Shown: positions 47,832-58,161 of the stretch, piece by piece
Layout of the letters: the number at the start of each line of letters is the position of its first letter
How positions within the stretch are numbered: position 1 is the first letter of the stretch
From: an uncultured virus (IMG/VR IMGVR_UViG_3300029787_000017)
Taxonomy: Duplodnaviria > Heunggongvirae > Uroviricota > Caudoviricetes
IMG/VR virus record: IMGVR_UViG_3300029787_000017
Span: 1-64,000 of that record
DNA: 64,000 nucleotides
Strand: one strand, 5' to 3'
The notes under the pieces: model-generated
What the model was told of the DNA's origin: nothing
What the model saw: the letters and a program-made list of their open reading frames with translations, nothing else
The model's database searches: none
Made by a program: the position numbers and the translations under genes

Positions 47832-50596
47832 TATACTTTAATATTTTTGAAGTAACCTTGCTGTGCTTCATAGTTTTTTGTTACCTCTGAACTATTTAGT
47901 GCTTTCGAATAGAATTTTAAACTACCTAAGAACCCACGAAGACCGCTTGTTCTTCCTCCATAATCTCCACCCATGAAGTTTCCATGCTCATACATACCGT
48001 CTGTGTATCCTCCTCCAACAATCCAAGGAGTGTAGAAGGGGTTTAGTCTAGGACCGTCATGTAGTGTGGTAGGAGCATCCACTGTTGTAGAGGAATACTC
48101 GAAACTATTTCTCTTATAAAAACCTGGAAGGTTTGCAGGGTAGTTAGGTTCTCCACCAAACACTTCAGGGAGGGAAGAGGTAGCCATTAAGACCCCATCA
48201 GAGTACATACGAACCTCATTTAAAGGAGGATCAACAACCAAATCAACAAGAATGAATGAAGATGATACGTCTCCAAACTTTTTATCATTTACTACCGCAG
48301 AGGCATCCACTCTCATTCCATAAAACTTCTCGTCATTTTGGCATTTATCTTTATTAATAAATGATAAGGAAGAGGCTCCCAAGGATTGAGTAGGCGCAAC
48401 AAAGAAACTTAAAGAGGAAGTAGGCAAGTTTTGGTTTATTAAATTAGTCGCTCCAATATCAGGCTTGTTTATTCTTCGATCTCTTGTGAACCCCACAAGC
48501 ATTCCCTTGACGAACTGATCTCCGTTATCTAATTTAACATTATCTTGGGTTCGTAAATTACCTACGGTATCTATCGCGCTGGCTCCAGGTTTAACTCCGA
48601 CATTCTCGCAAGCTAATACAACTTTGGTAAGCGATGATGGTGATGGAACGCCTGTAGTTGCTCCACCATGAAGCCCCTGCTCTAACCAGCCTAATTTTTC
48701 ATCCAGTATATTGGGAATGTGTGTCCAAAATTCTACAGTGAAGCCATTCCTATTGTAAGTAAGATCTCTAAACTCAGGGTTGTTTGGTAATCTAACAAAA
48801 GATCCTAAGCCAGAAGCGGCGGCTGGATCGCTATTCTTATTTTTAACTATGCCCTCTAGGTACGGAATGGATAAACCAGAGAAGAACACGTTTCTATTGT
48901 TAGCAGCCACCAACTTAGCGTTATTATAAACATCCGTAGTGGCGCAGTTAGTTACCTGAAAGTCTGTAGATGATGGGGTCAATACGTCTGAGTTCAGGAA
49001 ATTGTAAATTGCAAACAACCCATCTGATTCAATTAGATCAACTAAGGATAACATAGTTCCTGAACCTTGACCAGACGGAGTGTATATAATACTCCCTTTT
49101 CCTACCTCAGGCACGTTTAAGTGTTTTGCGGAAAGAGAAGGAGGTTTTGGAGGTGCAACTACAAAGGAAGCTCGTAAAGGAAGAACAACCCCATTCACTT
49201 CCCCTTCTTTAAATATTAGCTTTCTTTGTTTTTCTAAATCAACAACAAGATTATACTGCTCTAGATAAGAAAAATCATTAATTGGGACTTGGCCTGAGGT
49301 GAATAAAGGTCTCCCCTGTCTTCTTCCTCCAAAAACAGAGGGAGCTTTAATAGCAACTTCAATCTGCTTCTTACGTCTGTTAATCTTATTGTTGTGTGAT
49401 GCAATCTCAGAGACAATCAAGCTCCTTTGATTACTAACTATTGACGAGTCTTCTGTGTAATCAGCAATATACTCTGTTAGTATTGAGGATAAATCATAAA
49501 CATGTTTATTTTTCTGCTGAATTAACGTCTGTAGGAAGTGATCGGCGTTATAATTATCCTGCATTACCTTGCTATCATCAATTAAAGCGGGATCAAAGAG
49601 GCTGTCAGTATACTCATTCAGTGACTCTAAGGAAATTTCAGTTCCTTTTCCACCAATGTTTGGATCGTAATTATACTTCCACAAATCTCCAGCCTCTACC
49701 GTAGCGGAAATTGCCAAGTAAACGGGATCTAACCCTCCTGTTTGAGAATCATAGTACAAACCATCCTTACTTAGTAGATAATGTCCTTGGTTTGTACGAG
49801 GAGGTCCATATACAAGTCTGAAAACCTCATCTGATTGTTCAAGCTCTAGCCCTGGGTCGATAGAATCGTATCTTTCGTATGAGGTATCAGAAAGGAACCT
49901 ATCAAGTTCTCTAGTGTTTAGGAATTTAGGTTCAAGTCCAGGGTTTACCGCTCTCTGTGCTAATATCCCTTCTACGGCAGCTTGCGCGGCGTCTACTCTT
50001 TCAATAAAATCCTTGGTTGAAGCTACTTTTGCAGCCATCGAGCTATACTTACCATCTAAGAAAGCTTCAATTTGCTCATCAGATAACGCAGCCCTCTGAT
50101 TTGCTGCATTTCCTGATTGGAAGTCCTGAGTAGTCTTAAACTTATCAATACAATCAGTAATGGCACCTACTTGATTTGCAATTCCTTGATAATTAGCGTA
50201 TAGTTGTCCTCCAAATGAAGCAGCCCATTGAAAAGCTGCAAGAACTCCACCTAAATCGTTGCCAAACTGGCTCTCGTCATTCTCTAGACCAAACCAGCTA
50301 AAATCTGAGGCGAATCTAAATCGACCAGTTTCGCTATCCCATTCCATAATGCCTGTGTTTAACATTACCCATTTGAATAACCACTGTGTAGAATCATTAG
50401 CCTTGTCTTTGGCATCCTGCATGACAGCATCCATATTAATGAGGACGTTTGTAGGCAAGAGAGCCGCAACATTTAAATCATCAAAGATATTTAACATGCA
50501 GCTAGGAAGGCCATAAGCCATCCCTACAGCATCAAAAAACCCCGTACCTGTTTCTCCTGTTACCTTAAAAAATGTTTCTGCGTCAAAAGATGCCAT
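47831..50596 (-). CDS. Baseplate-region protein with a C-terminal LamG/concanavalin-like domain
   Basis: FTVEFW, VRMYSDG, GFLGSLKFYSKALNSSEVTKNY. Confidence 0.65.
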   Translation of the reverse strand: MASFDAETFFKVTGETGTGFFDAVGMAYGLPSCMLNIFDDLNVAALLPTNVLINMDAVMQDAKDKANDSTQWLFKWVMLNTGIMEWDSETGRFRFASDFSWFGLENDESQFGNDLGGVLAAFQWAASFGGQLYANYQGIANQVGAITDCIDKFKTTQDFQSGNAANQRAALSDEQIEAFLDGKYSSMAAKVASTKDFIERVDAAQAAVEGILAQRAVNPGLEPKFLNTRELDRFLSDTSYERYDSIDPGLELEQSDEVFRLVYGPPRTNQGHYLLSKDGLYYDSQTGGLDPVYLAISATVEAGDLWKYNYDPNIGGKGTEISLESLNEYTDSLFDPALIDDSKVMQDNYNADHFLQTLIQQKNKHVYDLSSILTEYIADYTEDSSIVSNQRSLIVSEIASHNNKINRRKKQIEVAIKAPSVFGGRRQGRPLFTSGQVPINDFSYLEQYNLVVDLEKQRKLIFKEGEVNGVVLPLRASFVVAPPKPPSLSAKHLNVPEVGKGSIIYTPSGQGSGTMLSLVDLIESDGLFAIYNFLNSDVLTPSSTDFQVTNCATTDVYNNAKLVAANNRNVFFSGLSIPYLEGIVKNKNSDPAAASGLGSFVRLPNNPEFRDLTYNRNGFTVEFWTHIPNILDEKLGWLEQGLHGGATTGVPSPSSLTKVVLACENVGVKPGASAIDTVGNLRTQDNVKLDNGDQFVKGMLVGFTRDRRINKPDIGATNLINQNLPTSSLSFFVAPTQSLGASSLSFINKDKCQNDEKFYGMRVDASAVVNDKKFGDVSSSFILVDLVVDPPLNEVRMYSDGVLMATSSLPEVFGGEPNYPANLPGFYKRNSFEYSSTTVDAPTTLHDGPRLNPFYTPWIVGGGYTDGMYEHGNFMGGDYGGRTSGLRGFLGSLKFYSKALNSSEVTKNYEAQQGYFKNIKV

Positions 50597-51717
50597 TAGG
50601 GGTATACTCCTTCTGCTTCATAGATTCCTGTATAATTAGCTGTCACATTGGCTGTAGAAGCTTGCGCCAGCCCAGACTGGAGGTGTGTCATAAGGCCGTC
50701 TGCTGCGATAATACCTCCTGCTTTTAGGTTTAAATTACCCCCTGCGTCTATATTTATATCTGATTCTGATTTCAAATTTATAACTCCATCTGCAACCACA
50801 TCTATGTCTCCATCTGCGATCACTTCAACTTTTCCAGTGGATTTTATTCGTATTGTACTGTTCGCCCCACCTTTAGTTTCAATATCAATTACTTGATTGT
50901 CACCATTATTATCTATGGTCTCAATGAAAATTCTACCAGAATCTCGTCTCGACATTATATTTATGTCATGATTCTTACTTTCTAAGTTAATATTTCCATA
51001 TTTCAAAGGCTCATCAGGACTTCTGTTATTACCTGTAGAGTAATTTGTTATGTTCAACTCTGTGCCATTCACAACCGTCAAATCGGTCTGGCCCTGCTTA
51101 CATATGTAGTTTTGAGATCCGTGAGTCTCAACCGTAGCGGCTCTCTTCTGTGTTCCCATTCCTTCTGGGCTAGTTGATAGACGAATATAATCGTTATGCT
51201 CATTCTTTAAAATGATTGAGTCTACTCCTGGACTGTCATTAAGCGTAACCTTCTTGCCCGACTGTCCGACAAGTTCAGTTTTTATATTTGCTTTTCCTGT
51301 AGGCCCCTCATACTGTTGCGAAATAACTAAGCCGTTCCCTCTCTGTCCTTTGAATGACATCTTCATTGGCTCGTTTCTCATGGAGTATAGTTTTGGATCA
51401 GCTTTCTCTATACCAACCTCAGGCCCCGTGTCGATCTTTTCTCCACCCTCAACGCCTTCATCTGATGGAGGTAAAAAAGTAGATCCTATATAGAATAAAC
51501 GAGTTTCCCCTGCTGGTCGGCAGACCAATATTCTAGCGTCATAGCTAGGAATTGAAATAAATCCTCCTTCAGTATTAGTTGAATAAGGGCTTGTATAGTG
51601 AATAGGGAATGCTCCATCATTTAGTGCGTCTACCTTTGCCCAGAAGGTTCCTCCATCACCAAACTTACTGGTGTCTACGACTGTTGCTAATGAAAATAGT
51701 GTTACTTGTTCGCTCAT
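50596..51717 (-). CDS. Baseplate central spike (gp5/VgrG-like, OB-fold + beta-repeat)
   Basis: GGFISIP...ARILV...FYIG N-terminal pattern; 8-residue repeats ADGDIDVV ADGVINLK SESDINID AGGNLNLK. Confidence 0.8.
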   Translation of the reverse strand: MSEQVTLFSLATVVDTSKFGDGGTFWAKVDALNDGAFPIHYTSPYSTNTEGGFISIPSYDARILVCRPAGETRLFYIGSTFLPPSDEGVEGGEKIDTGPEVGIEKADPKLYSMRNEPMKMSFKGQRGNGLVISQQYEGPTGKANIKTELVGQSGKKVTLNDSPGVDSIILKNEHNDYIRLSTSPEGMGTQKRAATVETHGSQNYICKQGQTDLTVVNGTELNITNYSTGNNRSPDEPLKYGNINLESKNHDINIMSRRDSGRIFIETIDNNGDNQVIDIETKGGANSTIRIKSTGKVEVIADGDIDVVADGVINLKSESDINIDAGGNLNLKAGGIIAADGLMTHLQSGLAQASTANVTANYTGIYEAEGVYP

Positions 51718-51719
51718 GA

Positions 51720-54320
51720 TTATAGATTTTTTACTAATTTAAATTGAGAGTCTACCGTTTTTGCTGAGATAGTGTGCTTAAATCCCGAAATTCGGTATAC
51801 TCCAGAAAGAAAGCTGTCTAATGCTGAGTATGGAAGCTCCTCTGTCTGTCTGATGTTAGGGAACTGCGACAATAAAACACACTCTTTAAACAGATACGAT
51901 GAGTTTGAAAAGCTAGTGAATGGTAATGTGGTAATTGTTACCTGATTCACCATTCTATACGCTGAATTTATGAAAGAACCTAAGGCAACAGATGCATCTT
52001 CCGATGTAGGCAGGTCATCAACTTTAATCGTGATATTTAACGGATTGTTGGCATTCACCACTCGATTAGCTTCGGCAATCTTTAGGATATCAGCAACTAA
52101 ATCATCTTTAACAAACGCACTAGCTAATCCCTCATTTAAATTACTACTCTTTAAACCTTCACTTATTGCTGATCGAAGACTGTCAGGACCTAATCCCTCA
52201 GTGCTTAAGTAAGCTCTTGCTCTAGCGATTAACTGCCCTGGGCTTAATCTATTAAGATCTCTAGCGGCTCTACCTCCAACAACTCCAAGAGAGGCTTTTG
52301 TTGTTGAGTGCTGTAATGGACTTAAAGAATTAAGTGCTGCCCAAAATGCAGGGTTGTAGTTTGCTTTTACTTTTAAAATATTTGGGTTACTGGTGTTATA
52401 CTTAAAAATAGGTACTCCCTGTGTTTCAATTGATTCTTGCGCTTTCTTGCCTTCTTCAGTATCGCTAAAGGCAAAGAAGTCTGGTGACATGAGGGAACCT
52501 CCAAACATCTCTGAGGAGATAGCATCAGTGTGCTTCTTTAGTATTACTTTTCTTATCTGCTCATTTATACCCTGTGATGCTAATAAGCTATCCCCAGGAT
52601 GAAGTGGGTTATTCGCAAAACCTCGTATCAAATCATCTAAAACATTTGATTGAATCAGTTCTTTGCTTTCTAATACGTCTTCATCAAGAATATGTTTGGA
52701 TCCGTATAAGTAACCGATACACATATGCATTGCTCCAACTAGAACTACTGACTCACTTCCCGCTTCGTCCCAACTTAAAGATTCAAATGTAGGATTTTTT
52801 GACGCATGCCTAGAAAGATTTCCTGATCTTGTAGTTCTTCCTACAGAAAACTCATCGTCTCCTAACTCTCTCCACATAGAAATTATTTTATCGTCACTTT
52901 CAGATATAACATTGTAATCTGTTGAGAAGTACTGCCTTCCATACTTATTTATTTCATAAAATACTTTTGATAGTTTTACCTTTGGGTCAATCACACTCGT
53001 CTGGTTGCCTTCAAACTCTGAAGTAGAAATGGTAGCATAGAAATCTAAATAGTTTCGGGCGGCGTTAGGGTTTTCGTATGCTGTAAATCTGGTAAGGCCC
53101 CCTGGAGCAGAAACGGCTTCCTCTACTTCTCTAGCGTACTTTTGTAACTGAAGTCCTAAACTTGTAAGAACGTCATCTACAACAGCCATGGTTCTTTCAA
53201 GCTGATTAAGCTTTTTTGAGTACTGAGACATTCCAGCGGGTTGATCCCACTTATGCTCTAGCATCTTACTATAAATTAAAGGAGCTAATATAAAATTTAA
53301 GTTTGGAAACAAAGCAATAACATTTGGGTTGCCCGTGGTTTTTTGAACAAAGTTTTTAATGCAATCTACAATAACAGAATGCATATCTACTTTTTTAAGA
53401 AAAGCATTTATTTGTTCTTTAATAATTTCAGGCCGCGAGGCTGTAATAGACTCAATAATATTTTCATTAGACTCATCAAAACCATACACAACTTCTGGAT
53501 TATTCGTTAAGTCCTGTCCTGGTCTAATGTCTTTATAGCCAGTGGCTGATTGAATATATGTATTGGTTTGTCGGGGTGGCTTGAATGAGGCTACATTTGT
53601 AAATCTTTTAGAAAACCCTGTGATAGATAATTTCCCACGCGAAGGTAGCTTGACTGGTTCACCGAACGAGGTTAAATTATGTTGCTCATCAACTGTTTTA
53701 GGGGTCGCTGCTAGTTTTAAAGTTATAATTCTAGAAGCTTTAGCGTCAATGATGGCATTCATAATATACATTCTATGAGGCCCACTCCATGATGCAGGGT
53801 TGCTACCAACTCCGTAGGTAACATATATTCTTTTACCAGAGTCTAATCGCTCCTTTTTTATATTTTCTATTTCAGGACCTATAGCATCCATTATACCTTG
53901 TGGAATTTTTTCAATATATACAATCTTCTGCTGTTGATGAGGGTCGGGAAAATCCTGGTCTGGATTGTAATCTATATTATATGCAGCTAATTCAGAGACA
54001 AGAGTTCCTTTAAAAACTCTATCTTCAAACTCTCTACGAGGATCTAAAAAACTTAACGTCATTAAGTTGCCGCCTTTAAATCCTAATTCATGATTAAATT
54101 CTAAGATTTGAAGTGCGCCTCCTGCATCTACATTTGAATTTGAGTTTGAAAAACTGAAAACATCAGGCTGTATCGCTGGTGTAAAACTTTCGGCAAACGT
54201 CATCGAAGGATTTCCCGTATCCTCATTTACTTTTCTAGAAGCTATGTCCTGACCCTGTAAAAACTGGGTCATCGCTTCTCTGGTAAAGCTAATAAATACA
54301 TTTGCTGTGGGAATGCTCAT
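51720..54320 (-). CDS. Probable baseplate hub (gp27-like)
   Basis: Between gp53-like and spike genes; ITTLP and SGVYRISGFKHTIS...SQFKLVK C-terminus. Confidence 0.6.
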   Translation of the reverse strand: MSIPTANVFISFTREAMTQFLQGQDIASRKVNEDTGNPSMTFAESFTPAIQPDVFSFSNSNSNVDAGGALQILEFNHELGFKGGNLMTLSFLDPRREFEDRVFKGTLVSELAAYNIDYNPDQDFPDPHQQQKIVYIEKIPQGIMDAIGPEIENIKKERLDSGKRIYVTYGVGSNPASWSGPHRMYIMNAIIDAKASRIITLKLAATPKTVDEQHNLTSFGEPVKLPSRGKLSITGFSKRFTNVASFKPPRQTNTYIQSATGYKDIRPGQDLTNNPEVVYGFDESNENIIESITASRPEIIKEQINAFLKKVDMHSVIVDCIKNFVQKTTGNPNVIALFPNLNFILAPLIYSKMLEHKWDQPAGMSQYSKKLNQLERTMAVVDDVLTSLGLQLQKYAREVEEAVSAPGGLTRFTAYENPNAARNYLDFYATISTSEFEGNQTSVIDPKVKLSKVFYEINKYGRQYFSTDYNVISESDDKIISMWRELGDDEFSVGRTTRSGNLSRHASKNPTFESLSWDEAGSESVVLVGAMHMCIGYLYGSKHILDEDVLESKELIQSNVLDDLIRGFANNPLHPGDSLLASQGINEQIRKVILKKHTDAISSEMFGGSLMSPDFFAFSDTEEGKKAQESIETQGVPIFKYNTSNPNILKVKANYNPAFWAALNSLSPLQHSTTKASLGVVGGRAARDLNRLSPGQLIARARAYLSTEGLGPDSLRSAISEGLKSSNLNEGLASAFVKDDLVADILKIAEANRVVNANNPLNITIKVDDLPTSEDASVALGSFINSAYRMVNQVTITTLPFTSFSNSSYLFKECVLLSQFPNIRQTEELPYSALDSFLSGVYRISGFKHTISAKTVDSQFKLVKNL

Positions 54321-54628
54321 TACAAGTTTTTAGGAATTAATAGTCTCTCGTTAGTTTTAAAACTTTCATTAGGATCTGGTTTGTTGTTTATTAACATGAG
54401 TAGCCAGAACTTATCGGGAGTTCCGTTAAAAATATTAGCTATGAGATCAGGTCTGTGTTCAAACCCGTTTGGAATATAACCTACCTCATAATTATAGGCA
54501 GTATCTATATTCTTAATCAGATTATCAAACTTTGGAGTATTTAAAGTAGTTGTAACCTTACAGTTTCTATGTGTTACGACTTGGTGATCCAACGTATATG
54601 GACCTCTGTTTTCTCCTAATGTTGCCAT
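54320..54628 (-). CDS. Baseplate wedge protein (T4 gp53 / LysM-like)
   Basis: HRPDLIA...GTPDKFWLLMLINN..DP...LLIP. Confidence 0.85.
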   Translation of the reverse strand: MATLGENRGPYTLDHQVVTHRNCKVTTTLNTPKFDNLIKNIDTAYNYEVGYIPNGFEHRPDLIANIFNGTPDKFWLLMLINNKPDPNESFKTNERLLIPKNL

Positions 54629-54629
54629 A

Positions 54630-55664
54630 CTAAATTACTCCTGGGTCCATTGTCCCGTGAACAATAACCGATTCCCAACCAGCTAAGTTGTCTCTGCTTA
54701 TGGCTTGAGGTTCATCCTCACCTGCTCCAGCACGGAACTGACCAAAATCACCAGTTCGCATTTCCTCAAGCGTCATAGTCACTTTGATCCTATGAGGTAA
54801 TAACGTGTCAATATCCATGGAGGCATTGTTATCCATGGCGATATCGTATCCTGTGCATATGCATGGGATGTTTTGATAAAGAATACCATGGTTTACACGA
54901 ACTATAGGAGGTCCTAGAGTTGGATCTATGGCATTATTAGTAACACTACTTCTTATTATGTTTACCCAATACACGATCATATCTATGAGATTTGCTTTTA
55001 CTGCTATAGCATCATTCTGGTTAGAAGTTAGTACTTGATCAGTGGTAGTTTGTGTTACGTTCGCTTGACCTACAATATCCTCAATATTTCCTCCAGTCTC
55101 AAGACCGTATCTCGTAGCAAAATACTGCTCCTCTGTGACACTTAAAAAATTACCCCACTCACCTAATACTTGCTGCGCTGAATCTCTCACCTGAGTTCTA
55201 TATTCGCTAGTAAGAGCTTGAGTTTGTGACGCAGAAGGTTGTTCGGATTTCTTTTTAAATAATCTTTTTATTTCTTCTACACTATCACCTGATCGAGCAT
55301 TAATATAATCCTGAACTCCTCCTGGAGCGGCTTGAATGTTGTGGTAGGTTAAGAAAAAAGTTAGGTTAAGCTTTCTTGAGTCTGCTCCTAGGTAAGTGTA
55401 TAGGCTGCTCGATCTAGATATCGGCTTGTACGTCTGATAACGAGCCTTTTTAGCTTCAGTTATCTGAATATTCTCAAAAAATGGAAGCTTAACACTTAAT
55501 GCAGGACCTCCTTCTGCTTTCTTTGGGAATTTGAAGTCTAAAAAAGACCTCTGATCCAAGTTCCTGTCTACAACGATAGCATTTGTTACTCCTTTAGGAT
55601 CAGGAGGGTTAGCGTTGTCTACTGTAAATTGATCAAAATAATCTAATAATTTTCCTAATACCAT
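54630..55664 (-). CDS. Tail tube initiator (gp48/gp54-like)
   Basis: RSS.LYTY.GADSR.L.LTF and PPIVRV.HG.LY.NIPCIC motifs; follows tape measure. Confidence 0.7.
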   Translation of the reverse strand: MVLGKLLDYFDQFTVDNANPPDPKGVTNAIVVDRNLDQRSFLDFKFPKKAEGGPALSVKLPFFENIQITEAKKARYQTYKPISRSSSLYTYLGADSRKLNLTFFLTYHNIQAAPGGVQDYINARSGDSVEEIKRLFKKKSEQPSASQTQALTSEYRTQVRDSAQQVLGEWGNFLSVTEEQYFATRYGLETGGNIEDIVGQANVTQTTTDQVLTSNQNDAIAVKANLIDMIVYWVNIIRSSVTNNAIDPTLGPPIVRVNHGILYQNIPCICTGYDIAMDNNASMDIDTLLPHRIKVTMTLEEMRTGDFGQFRAGAGEDEPQAISRDNLAGWESVIVHGTMDPGVI

Positions 55665-55675
55665 ATGTTCTCCAT

Positions 55676-57394
55676 TTAATCAAATGCTGGTGTGATCATA
55701 CCTGCTCCTGGTACTACTATTGGTCCTGGATCCTTCTCAACCAATTGAAGTAGTAAGTCTGCTGTCATTTCTTGGGCTCTCAAGCCTCTCTCATCTCCAG
55801 TAATTCCTACTAAACTTCCCACAGCTTGTGAGAGTGTGCTTTGGAAGAAGTTTAAGGAAGTAGGACCAGTTTCTCCTTCTCTTTCAGGCAACTTAGATGC
55901 TGTAGCTGCCGTGTTCTCCTCGATACCCGTTAAAATAGGAACAAAAGGATCAAGACCTGTTCTTAAGAAAGTTCCAAGAGTTCCTGCTGCTGCGTCGAAC
56001 TCAAATGATTCACCTGCTTTCCCTAGACCCTCTAATGCTATAGCTGCCTCTTTAGCTTTAGACGTTGCAATATCTTCCGCTATTACGCGACGATGAGAAG
56101 CGAAAGCAATCTTTGATTCTAATTCTATCCTTTCATTAAAAGCCTCTGTGAAAGGTATGTCCTCAGTAAGACTGGTTATCTCATGAACAAAAAGTTTTAA
56201 TGACAGATAGTCTTCTTTGATTCCCGCAAAAATAGCATTTAAAGTAGCTACTCCTGAATCAAAAACTGTTTTAGTGTTACTCCACACGGTAGCCCAGTCC
56301 ATATTTTTAATTGCTATGAAGAAACCGTGAGTGGCATTTCCTATATCTTCAACATAACCAGGAAGTAGTGTTCCAAATTCAATAAGTTTGGTAATACCCT
56401 GATCTAAGAAGTGAGCAAATTTGGGACCAACATCATCGGAAATTTTCTTGAACTCTCCTGCGAATCTAGTTATGATAGGAGTAAGCTTATCCATGAATAC
56501 TATCTGTAAAGGAACAAACACATCTTTTATAATTACTTTAACCGAAGCAGCAAAATCCTGAATAGATTCATTCTGGACTCTGCCGCCTTCCTCTAAAGCA
56601 GCCGCTAGGGGTACGAACGCTTTGGCTGCTGGAGTGAACAATCCCTCAGCGGTAGCAATACCTATATCATTAATACTTCCTGCGACACCCTCAAACCTAG
56701 AACCTGCAATTTTAAGAGAATCTTCAAGAAAATTCATTGCATTTGCTGTAGTTCCTGTACCTTCCATTAAGGTTTGGAAATTACCTAGTCCAAGAGTGAT
56801 CCTAGCTTGGAAAGAATCTATGCTTGTGCCAAAGAGGAGATCCATGGCTTTATTGAATTGACCACTAAGAGCAGGGTCAATCTTAGCTTGAGTCGCAACT
56901 ATGGCTTCTACGATGTGATCAGGCATACCCATCAGATCAATATCAATCATGTTGTCGCTCAAGCCCTTGACAGCGTTCACAAGGACATCTGTAGTAACTT
57001 CGAACTGTCCCCCTAGTTCTATCATGTTGGTGGCTAGAGCGTTTGTAGAGGTCCTCTGTAGTCCTCCAAGAGCTTCCAACTGAGCAAAAGACTTAGCTGT
57101 TGCTGCATACTGCGTACCAGTCAGCTTTTGCTGATTAATTAGTTGTCGGATCCCTTGGCTATTGCCCTGCAAACCCGCATTCATAGTAAGAACAGCAGGT
57201 ACTAACCTATCTGCAAGTGAGCCATTAAGACTCTTCATAGACTCAGTTAGAGGTACAGACTGCTGTTCAAAAGATGTGCCTAAAGCTCTTAAAGCCTCAT
57301 CTACGCTGTTACCTGCGGATATACCTGCTGTAAGAGTATCCTTTAACGTAGTTAATCCTTTTGCAACTGCTGTTAGTGCTAATCCTATTGCCAT
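55676..57394 (-). CDS. Probable tape measure protein
   Basis: 572-aa Ala/Gly/Leu-rich helical protein upstream of tube initiator and hub. Confidence 0.65.
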   Translation of the reverse strand: MAIGLALTAVAKGLTTLKDTLTAGISAGNSVDEALRALGTSFEQQSVPLTESMKSLNGSLADRLVPAVLTMNAGLQGNSQGIRQLINQQKLTGTQYAATAKSFAQLEALGGLQRTSTNALATNMIELGGQFEVTTDVLVNAVKGLSDNMIDIDLMGMPDHIVEAIVATQAKIDPALSGQFNKAMDLLFGTSIDSFQARITLGLGNFQTLMEGTGTTANAMNFLEDSLKIAGSRFEGVAGSINDIGIATAEGLFTPAAKAFVPLAAALEEGGRVQNESIQDFAASVKVIIKDVFVPLQIVFMDKLTPIITRFAGEFKKISDDVGPKFAHFLDQGITKLIEFGTLLPGYVEDIGNATHGFFIAIKNMDWATVWSNTKTVFDSGVATLNAIFAGIKEDYLSLKLFVHEITSLTEDIPFTEAFNERIELESKIAFASHRRVIAEDIATSKAKEAAIALEGLGKAGESFEFDAAAGTLGTFLRTGLDPFVPILTGIEENTAATASKLPEREGETGPTSLNFFQSTLSQAVGSLVGITGDERGLRAQEMTADLLLQLVEKDPGPIVVPGAGMITPAFD

Positions 57395-57396
57395 AA

Positions 57397-57825
57397 TTAT
57401 TCTCTAGGTGTTCTCCTCACTCTGTAGATGTTTCCCCAAACATTATTACCTGGTCCTTTAGTTAAGATGTAGGTTCTATATCCATGAGCGGGTTGAGCTA
57501 ACAAACTGGTCAAATTAGAAATTTTCTTCTTCTTCCAGTCATCAGCCCTCTGTTTATATAGATTATCTAGAGCTTCTTGGTCAAAATCCATCTCTGGGAG
57601 TTTGAAGCAAGTTAATAATAAGTTACCTGTGCGAACATCTTTCACCACAGGTGTTACAGCCATCACAACCCTGAAGTCTCTATTCCCTGGCATTTCATAG
57701 CGAAAAAATAGAATATCTCCAGGTCTGGCTGCTGATATAGACCTAGTGACTATGGAAACGTCTGTATCCTCGTCTTTTGAGGCTGCTTCCAAAAAATTTT
57801 GAATCTTTCTGCTGAATAATCCCAT
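57397..57825 (-). CDS. Hypothetical protein, weakly T4 gp2 (DNA end protector)-like
   Basis: PGDILFFRY ... YRTY pattern; function call tentative. Confidence 0.4.
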   Translation of the reverse strand: MGLFSRKIQNFLEAASKDEDTDVSIVTRSISAARPGDILFFRYEMPGNRDFRVVMAVTPVVKDVRTGNLLLTCFKLPEMDFDQEALDNLYKQRADDWKKKKISNLTSLLAQPAHGYRTYILTKGPGNNVWGNIYRVRRTPRE

Positions 57826-57861
57826 ACCTTTATATATTATATATTTAGATAAGGCATTAAC

Positions 57862-58161
57862 ATGTACAATGAAAATACAGATATAGATATTATTGATTTC
57901 CTAGACTTGATAAACGATACACTTAGTTCATCTTTTGTAGAAAGATGGAGATATAAGTACTCAGAAAAGTTTATAAAGCACTTCCAACTGAAGCTTCTTG
58001 CTTCACTTAACAAGCAAAAGCCTATTAAGATAGAAATGCTTTATAACTATCTAACTAAGAAATGTAAGTACTCACCAGAGCAAGTACTTCAGTTCTTTGA
58101 GTCAGTAGAAATAGATATCTATTACCCATTCATCTATGGGAAACTTAAGACTTCTTCTTAG
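57862..58161 (+). CDS. Hypothetical protein
   Basis: 99-aa ORF filling the gap between minus-strand genes. Confidence 0.7.
   Translation: MYNENTDIDIIDFLDLINDTLSSSFVERWRYKYSEKFIKHFQLKLLASLNKQKPIKIEMLYNYLTKKCKYSPEQVLQFFESVEIDIYYPFIYGKLKTSS

Noticed and set aside
13860..57394. Extracellular contractile injection system or tailocin instead of a phage
   Set aside because: Capsid, scaffold, protease, neck and replication genes are present, so this is a phage.
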